DNA from: Desulfotalea psychrophila LSv54
Lineage (GTDB): Bacteria; Desulfobacterota; Desulfobulbia; Desulfobulbales; Desulfocapsaceae
Assembly: GCF_000025945.1 (NCBI RefSeq)
Contig: NC_006138.1
Location: 750,001 to 782,000 of the forward strand
Length of the DNA stretch: 32,000 nucleotides
Direction of reading: 5' to 3'
The first letter of the stretch is position 1, and each line of letters opens with the position of its first letter. Positions 26,055 to 32,000 of this stretch are shown piece after piece. The translations under genes were made by a program, and so were the position numbers. The notes beneath the pieces were generated by a model. It saw only the letters and a list, made by a program, of their open reading frames with translations, had not been told where the DNA came from and made no database searches.

Positions 26055-29000
26055 ATGGGTGTATCAGTTACACAGCTGTATAGAAGAATAGATGAGAGTC
26101 GTGCCTACTGTTTTAATGTTGAATCATCCAGCTCTTTAACCCCTGAAGAGTTGAACTGTCTAAGGCTTATTTTAGCTGAGGGTTTTTTACTCGAGACAGT
26201 ATCATTTGAGCCAGTGCTTGTCGGTGATCGAGTTGTTGAGCTCGGACCGCGCATGAACTTTGCCACAGCCTGGTCTTCTAACATGGTTTCCATCTGCCAG
26301 GCCACGGGCCTTGGCATTATTAGCCGTGTTGAGCGCTCCCGACGATACCTTGTACCTGCTGATGTTGATACCCAAGAATTTATTGCTGCTCACCACGATC
26401 GAATGACCGAATGTCATTACCCCCAGCCCATTACCACCTTTGAAACCGGAATCAAGCCAGCAGAGGTCTATGATGTTGATTTGATGAGCGGCGGTGCCGA
26501 TGCCCTGTTGAACATTCCCGGTATCTCCATGGATGAGTGGGATCGTAACCTCTATTACGACTACTTTGTTAACCAAGAGGGACGGAATCCGAGCATTGTC
26601 GAGATCATGGATCTAAATAATGCCAACTCCGAGCATTCCCGCCATGGCTTTTTCAAGGCTAAGCAGGTAATTGATGGTGAAGAGCAGGAGGGAACCCTTT
26701 TTGATCTTGTCACCGATACCCTTGATGCCCATCCCGCCGGTTCAATCATTGCCTTTAAAGATAATTCCAGTGTTATTGCTGGCCATAGCTTTTCAGCTCT
26801 TGTTCCAGAGAGTCCAGGCCAGAGTTGCCCCTTTGTCCGCAGGGATGTGACCTATAATCCTCTCCTTACCGCTGAAACCCATAACTTTCCCACTGGTGTG
26901 GCTCCCTTCCCCGGTGCTGAAACAGGCACAGGCGGTAGACTTCGTGATACCATGGCTACCGGTCAGGGTTCAATGTTTATAGCTGGTACAGCAGGTTACT
27001 GTGTTGGTAATCTCAATATTCCTGGTTATGAGCTCAGCTGGGAAAAGAACTATCCATGTCCCACCAATCTTGCCTCTGCCCTTGAGATTGAAATTGAGGC
27101 CAGTAACGGTGCTTCTGATTATGGTAATAAGTTCGGCGAACCCCTGATTCAGGGATTCACCCGTTCCTTTGATATGCGTCTTGAAAACGGTGAGCGCTGG
27201 GGCTTTCTTAAGCCCATCATGTTCACCGCCGGTATTGGTCAGATGAATGATCAACATACTGTAAAGTCAGCTGAAGAAAAGGGCATGATCATCGTTCAAG
27301 TTGGCGGTCCTGCCTACCGTGTTGGTTTTGGTGGTGGTGCAGCCTCTTCTATGCTGCAGGGTGAGAATGAGTCTGAATTGGATTTTGATGCGGTTCAGCG
27401 TGGCGATGCCGAGATGGAACAGAAGATGAGTCGTGTCATCCGCGCCTGTAACGAGATGGGCGAGAAGAGCCTCATTGAGATAATTCACGATCAAGGTTGC
27501 GGTGGTCCTGCCAACGTTATCAAAGAGCTGGTTGAAAAATCAGGTGGCCGGGTAGATATCAGAAAGATACAGGTGGGTGATCCTACCATGTCTGTTCTGG
27601 AAATCTATGTTGCTGAATATCAAGAGCGTTGTGGCTTCCTTATTCGTCCAGAGAATATTGAGCAATTTGAAAATATCTGTAAGCGTGAAAAGGTGGGCTG
27701 TGAGATCCTCGGTGAGGTGACAGGTGATCTTCGTTTCGTTCTCTTTGATTCCGAAAATGGTACAACACCCGTTGATATCGATCTTCCTGTGCTTCTTGGC
27801 GATATCCCGCAGAAGACCTTTGAAGATAACCGTACTAAGAATACATTCTCGCCATTGAAATTGGCAGCAGATGCTACCATTGAAAGCAGTCTTCACGATG
27901 TTTTACGTCTGGTTTCCGTTGGCTCCAAGAGGTTTCTGACTAATAAGGTGGATCGTGCCGTATCCGGTCTTATTGCCCAGCAACAATGTGTGGGGCCTCT
28001 TCAGTTGCCTCTCAGTAACGTGGCCGTGGTTGCTCAATCTCATTTTTCCAAGAGTGGTATTGCCAGTGCTATTGGTGAGCAGTCTATTAAGATGCTTATT
28101 GATCCCGCAGCCGGCGCCCGTATGGCCGTGGGCGAGGTCTTGACCAATATGGTCTGGGCTAAGATTGACGATATGGAGCAGATCAAGTGTTCCGCCAACT
28201 GGATGTGGGCACCAAAGCTTGCCGGCGAAGGTGCCGCTCTCTACGATGCAGCCAAGGCCATGCGCGATACTATGATTGAAGTGGGTATGGCCGTCGATGG
28301 TGGTAAGGACAGTCTCTCCATGGCAACCATGGTTGGTGATGAGGTGGTCAAGTCTCCTCGTGAGTTGGTTATCTCCACCTATGCCGCCATGGCCGATCTG
28401 GATAAGAAGGTCACCCCTGATCTCAAGCATGTGGACAGTGAACTCTTCTTCATCGATCCAAGCTGTGGCGCGGCCCGTATGGGTGGCACTGCCCTGGCTC
28501 AGGTTAATGGCCAACTGGGCGATAAGAGCCCCGATGTTGAGGATGGCGCCTTGCTCAAGAAGGCATTTCTTGCCGTTCAGGAGATGATTGATGCCGGTCT
28601 GATTTCAGCTGGACATGATAGAAGTGACGGTGGTTTAGTTACCACCATGCTCGAGATGGCCTTTGCCGGTAACTGTGGTTTGAAAATAGAGCTCAGCGGT
28701 GATGTTTCAGCCCATGACTATCTCTTCAATGAAGAGTTGGGAATGATGATCGAATGTGTGCCAGGTGCCGAGGCGGAGGTTGAGGAAATCTTGGTCGCAG
28801 CAGGTATCACTCCAGTAGCCCTTGGTTTCACCACTGCCGATAAGAATATCTCCATCTCCTATAACGGTGAGCAGGTTCTAAATCGTGAGATGCAGGTACT
28901 TCGTTCCTGGTGGGAGGAGACCAGTTATCAGCTTGAGCGTCTTCAGGTTAATGTCGCCTGTGCCGAGAGTGAAAAAGAGGTCATCTACGATCGCAAGGGT

Positions 29001-29858
29001 CCAGCTTATCATCTGCCATTTGCCCCTGAGCCTGCCACGGCAGAGGTCTTGGCTGCAACGGATAAACCAAAGATTGCCATCCTCCGTGACGAGGGTTCCA
29101 ACTCCGATCGCGAGATGACCGCAGCCTTCTATTCCGCGGGCTTTGAGGCATGGGATGTCTGCATGAACGATCTGCTGGCCGGATCGGTTGATCTTGCCGA
29201 CTTCAGAGGACTTGCCGCAGTTGGTGGTTTCTCCTATGCCGATGTACCGGAGTCTGCCAAGGGTTGGGCTGCTACCATTCAGTTTAATCCGCGTCTTAAG
29301 GAGATGTTTGATACCTTCTATAATCGTCCAGACACCTTTACCTTTGGTATCTGTAACGGTTGTCAGCTCTTTTCTCTTCTTGGTTGGGTCCCTCAGCTGG
29401 GCACCTCGGCTGAAGATCAGCCTCGTTTTGCTGGTAACCTCTCGGGTAGGTTTGAGTCTCGCTGGACAACGGTGAAGGTTCAGGCCAGTACCTCTATCAT
29501 GCTTCAGGGTATGGAAGATCTGGTCTTTGGTATCCATGTGGATCATGGTGAGGGACGTCTCCTCTTCCCCAACGCCGATATCATGGAGCATGTGAAGGAA
29601 CACGGCATGACCCCCATGGTCTATGTTGATGATGAGGGCGAGGCCACCGAGCAGTATCCGCTCAATCCCAACGGTTCTGCCGAGGGACTTGCCGGACTCT
29701 GTTCAGCAGATGGTCGCCATCTTGCCCTGATGCCACATCCGGAGCGCTGTTTTCTTCCATGGCAGATGCACTACCTGCCGGAGGAGATGAAGGAGCTGGA
29801 GGTTTCTCCATGGTTCCAGATGTTCAAAAATGCCTATGACTGGTGTATGAGTAACTAG
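26055..29858 (+). CDS. purL: Phosphoribosylformylglycinamidine synthase, single-polypeptide (large) type
   Basis: 1267 aa; NSEHSRHGFF, QVGGPAYRVGFGGGAASSM, IHDQGCGGPANVIKEL, DRSDGGLVTTMLEMAFAGNC, and a C-terminal glutaminase domain FGICNGCQLFSLLGW...ALMPHPERCFLP. Confidence 0.97.
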   Translation: MGVSVTQLYRRIDESRAYCFNVESSSSLTPEELNCLRLILAEGFLLETVSFEPVLVGDRVVELGPRMNFATAWSSNMVSICQATGLGIISRVERSRRYLVPADVDTQEFIAAHHDRMTECHYPQPITTFETGIKPAEVYDVDLMSGGADALLNIPGISMDEWDRNLYYDYFVNQEGRNPSIVEIMDLNNANSEHSRHGFFKAKQVIDGEEQEGTLFDLVTDTLDAHPAGSIIAFKDNSSVIAGHSFSALVPESPGQSCPFVRRDVTYNPLLTAETHNFPTGVAPFPGAETGTGGRLRDTMATGQGSMFIAGTAGYCVGNLNIPGYELSWEKNYPCPTNLASALEIEIEASNGASDYGNKFGEPLIQGFTRSFDMRLENGERWGFLKPIMFTAGIGQMNDQHTVKSAEEKGMIIVQVGGPAYRVGFGGGAASSMLQGENESELDFDAVQRGDAEMEQKMSRVIRACNEMGEKSLIEIIHDQGCGGPANVIKELVEKSGGRVDIRKIQVGDPTMSVLEIYVAEYQERCGFLIRPENIEQFENICKREKVGCEILGEVTGDLRFVLFDSENGTTPVDIDLPVLLGDIPQKTFEDNRTKNTFSPLKLAADATIESSLHDVLRLVSVGSKRFLTNKVDRAVSGLIAQQQCVGPLQLPLSNVAVVAQSHFSKSGIASAIGEQSIKMLIDPAAGARMAVGEVLTNMVWAKIDDMEQIKCSANWMWAPKLAGEGAALYDAAKAMRDTMIEVGMAVDGGKDSLSMATMVGDEVVKSPRELVISTYAAMADLDKKVTPDLKHVDSELFFIDPSCGAARMGGTALAQVNGQLGDKSPDVEDGALLKKAFLAVQEMIDAGLISAGHDRSDGGLVTTMLEMAFAGNCGLKIELSGDVSAHDYLFNEELGMMIECVPGAEAEVEEILVAAGITPVALGFTTADKNISISYNGEQVLNREMQVLRSWWEETSYQLERLQVNVACAESEKEVIYDRKGPAYHLPFAPEPATAEVLAATDKPKIAILRDEGSNSDREMTAAFYSAGFEAWDVCMNDLLAGSVDLADFRGLAAVGGFSYADVPESAKGWAATIQFNPRLKEMFDTFYNRPDTFTFGICNGCQLFSLLGWVPQLGTSAEDQPRFAGNLSGRFESRWTTVKVQASTSIMLQGMEDLVFGIHVDHGEGRLLFPNADIMEHVKEHGMTPMVYVDDEGEATEQYPLNPNGSAEGLAGLCSADGRHLALMPHPERCFLPWQMHYLPEEMKELEVSPWFQMFKNAYDWCMSN

Positions 29859-29884
29859 TCTTTTATCAGCCTGCAAATATGCTC

Positions 29885-29927
29885 AAAAAAATCCCCACCC
29901 TGCCTCGCAGAGTGGGGATTTTTTTTA
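29885..29927 (+). terminator. Terminator after purL
   Basis: AAAAAAATCCCCAC...GTGGGGATTTTTTTT. Confidence 0.88.
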
Positions 29928-30104
29928 TTCTTTTGATATCTGCGGTTCAGAGGCGTATTATGGTAATGTATCAGGATTGTTAGACGTATTTTCCGTTAGA
30001 AGCCATTGGCGGGGTGTAAAGGATTGCTCGGTGACGCTGTTTTGTCCTACCTCTGCATCCCTTCCCTCATCTTTATACATTCTTTGTCTTAAAGGAGTCG
30101 TGAG

Positions 30105-30644
30105 ATGAAAGTTTCTGTGTATATCGCAACCAGCTTGGATGGATATATTGCCCGGGCCGATGGAGATATCTCCTGGCTCAGGGAGGCAGGTAGTTCTGCC
30201 GGTCAGGAAGATTATGGCTATGGAGAGTTCTTTCGCTCGGTGGACTGTATGATACTGGGGAGAAAGAGCTTTGAAACGGTCCTGAGCTTTCCCACCTGGC
30301 CCTATACCGGCAAACGGGTAATTGTCCTGACCAAGACCTTGGAGGAGATCCCTGCCCGGGTACGGGGAAGGGTTGAACTCTATTCAGGCTTGATGAAAGA
30401 ACTGGTGGCCAGCTTGGAGGCAGAGGGATGCAGGCGTATTTATATAGATGGTGGCAAAATTATCCGCTCCTTTCTGCGAAAAAATCTCCTTACCGATATT
30501 ACCATAACAAGAATTCCCCTCCTTCTCGGTGAAGGCATTCGTCTCTTTGGCGAGACCGGCTACGATATTAAGCTTAGACATATAAAAACAAAGTCTTATG
30601 AAAGTGGCTTTGTTAAGTCGACCTATGAGTTTGCCCTGCAGTAA
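30105..30644 (+). CDS. Dihydrofolate reductase / RibD C-terminal-like family protein
   Basis: MKVSVYIATSLDGYIARADGDISWL, DCMILGRKSFETVLSFPTWPYTGKRVIVLTKT, IYIDGGKIIRSFL, ITRIPLLLGEGIRLF. Confidence 0.85.
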   Translation: MKVSVYIATSLDGYIARADGDISWLREAGSSAGQEDYGYGEFFRSVDCMILGRKSFETVLSFPTWPYTGKRVIVLTKTLEEIPARVRGRVELYSGLMKELVASLEAEGCRRIYIDGGKIIRSFLRKNLLTDITITRIPLLLGEGIRLFGETGYDIKLRHIKTKSYESGFVKSTYEFALQ

Positions 30645-31385
30645 TTGTTTAAAAGTGTTTATATAACTTTGTCAGCTATTTTTAGCTATAAAGATGACCT
30701 GTTAATGGCCATATCCGCAGAATTGTCTTTGCACTGTTATTTGTTGGCGACTTTATCCTTTCTCTCTCCTCACCTTTGCCAAAAGCGGCAGAAATATTAG
30801 GCTCCAGTTAGCAAAAAAAAGGTCAATCTGCGTCTCTAATGTCAATTGATTGACCTTAGGCAAAACTGTTCTAGCAGAGCTTATTTTGGTTCATTTTCTA
30901 CGGATTATGGACTTTTTGTCAGCAAATAATTTGTTTTATTGCTTTTTTAGGAGAAAAAAAGGCTAGGGAGTTGCCGCTTAAGACAACAGTAGAATTGTCT
31001 CTTTTGGTTATGTTTTGCCGAAGATTGTTCTGTTTTATGCCTGCTCTTCTAGCTCTACCCGAGGGCTTCTAACATGCAAAATAAATGGATTTTAACTTTT
31101 TCTTATTGTATTTAAGTAAATTGAGCCTGCAACAGTACTACCTAACTTAAGTTAAATAGCCCTAAGGATCTTCACAGAGGCCTAATAAGTTTTTTTTATT
31201 GAAAGCATAAAAAATAATAATTTAGCTTGTGCTCGGCCTCTCAGGTTTATATAGTGCATCAAATTTTTACATAGTATGTATCAAAATTATACATGCAAGA
31301 GGACATTTAGGTTTGGAGAGAAAATCTTTTTAGGTCTTTTTGCTGGTTGAGCAAACTGTTAAGTCAATGAGGGAGAGGAGAATAC

Positions 31386-32000
31386 ATGGATTTCTTGGAA
31401 ACTTTTGGGGTAGTTGTCGCAAAACTTAACTCTTTTGTCTGGGGGCCGCCAATGCTTATCATGTTGGTGGGTACCGGTTGTTGGCTAACCTACAACCTTC
31501 GCGGCATTCAGTTCCGACAGCTCGGCCACTCTCTCTGGCTTGCCTTTGTAAAGCGTAAGGAAGATACCGATGAGCCGGGTGATATCAGTCACTTTCAGGC
31601 CCTGATGACAGCCTTGGCCGCAACCGTTGGTACCGGTAATATTGCCGGTGTTGCCACGGCTATTGCCATTGGTGGTCCCGGAGCCCTTTTTTGGATGTGG
31701 ATGAGTGCCCTGGTCGGTATGGCAACGAAGTACGCTGAGGCCATCCTTGCAGTAAAATATCGTGTCCAAGATGAAAATGGTGAAATGTGTGGTGGCCCAA
31801 TGTACTACATTGCCCGTGGTTTGAAGAAGCCATGGCTTGGTGCAATTTTTGCGGCCCTTGCCGCAATTACCGCCCTGGGTACCGGGAATATGGTTCAGTC
31901 CAACTCCATCGCCGATGTCCTTGAGGCAACCTGCAGTATCCCACCCATGTACACCGGTATCGCTCTGATGATATTTACAGCCCTTGTTGTTTTGGGTGGT
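31386..32000 (+). CDS. AGCS family Na+/alanine(glycine) symporter, partial (runs off the right edge)
   Basis: ATG at 31386 opens [46 protein letters not shown]...[43 protein letters not shown]...[11 protein letters not shown]. It is not in the supplied ORF track, presumably because it has no stop inside the window. Confidence 0.93.
   Translation, partial: MDFLETFGVVVAKLNSFVWGPPMLIMLVGTGCWLTYNLRGIQFRQLGHSLWLAFVKRKEDTDEPGDISHFQALMTALAATVGTGNIAGVATAIAIGGPGALFWMWMSALVGMATKYAEAILAVKYRVQDENGEMCGGPMYYIARGLKKPWLGAIFAALAAITALGTGNMVQSNSIADVLEATCSIPPMYTGIALMIFTALVVLGG

Noticed and set aside
27903-29603. Two long minus-strand ORFs (203 and 241 aa)
   Set aside because: Antisense to purL, which is complete and highly conserved in the plus frame.
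31485-31866. Minus-strand ORFs at the right edge
   Set aside because: Antisense to the partial AGCS symporter, whose plus frame is open to the window end.
1-32000. CRISPR arrays, IS elements, prophage or defence islands
   Set aside because: I saw no regularly spaced repeats, transposase/integrase motifs or phage structural genes; the only strong direct repeats are the tRNA cassettes and the 120-bp intragenic module.

Overview
This 32 kb bacterial chromosomal window is mostly housekeeping and energy-metabolism genes. The gene set suggests an anaerobic deltaproteobacterium or Desulfobulbales-like organism, but that is inference. From left to right it contains: (1) a minus-strand NAD-linked formate dehydrogenase operon (NuoE-like, NuoF-like, FdhA), in which FdhA has an in-frame UGA in the CARL-U-H motif followed directly by a bacterial SECIS-like hairpin; (2) an oadGAB-type Na+-pumping decarboxylase operon whose beta subunit has an extra N-terminal signal peptide and a lipoyl-like domain; (3) letAB/pqiAB-like genes encoding a seven-MCE-domain protein; (4) a PEGA-like lipoprotein gene; (5) two near-identical tRNA-Glu/tRNA-Lys clusters flanking a sodium:solute symporter with a small accessory ORF, and murI; (6) prmA, a PilZ-domain gene, an rsmE that appears frameshifted, and selU/mnmH; (7) a small accessory-looking region with a degenerate SNase-like secreted protein carrying a duplicated 40-aa Cys module, plus unknown small ORFs; (8) an FMN riboswitch and ribB, an IMPACT/YigZ gene, an HTH protein with an extremely Lys-rich tail, purL, a DHFR/RibD-C-like gene and a truncated AGCS Na+/amino acid symporter. 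I see no CRISPR array, prophage or transposon. The strongest points for follow-up are the selenocysteine codon that truncates the ORF call, the OadB fusion architecture, the rsmE frameshift and the duplicated Cys-module protein.
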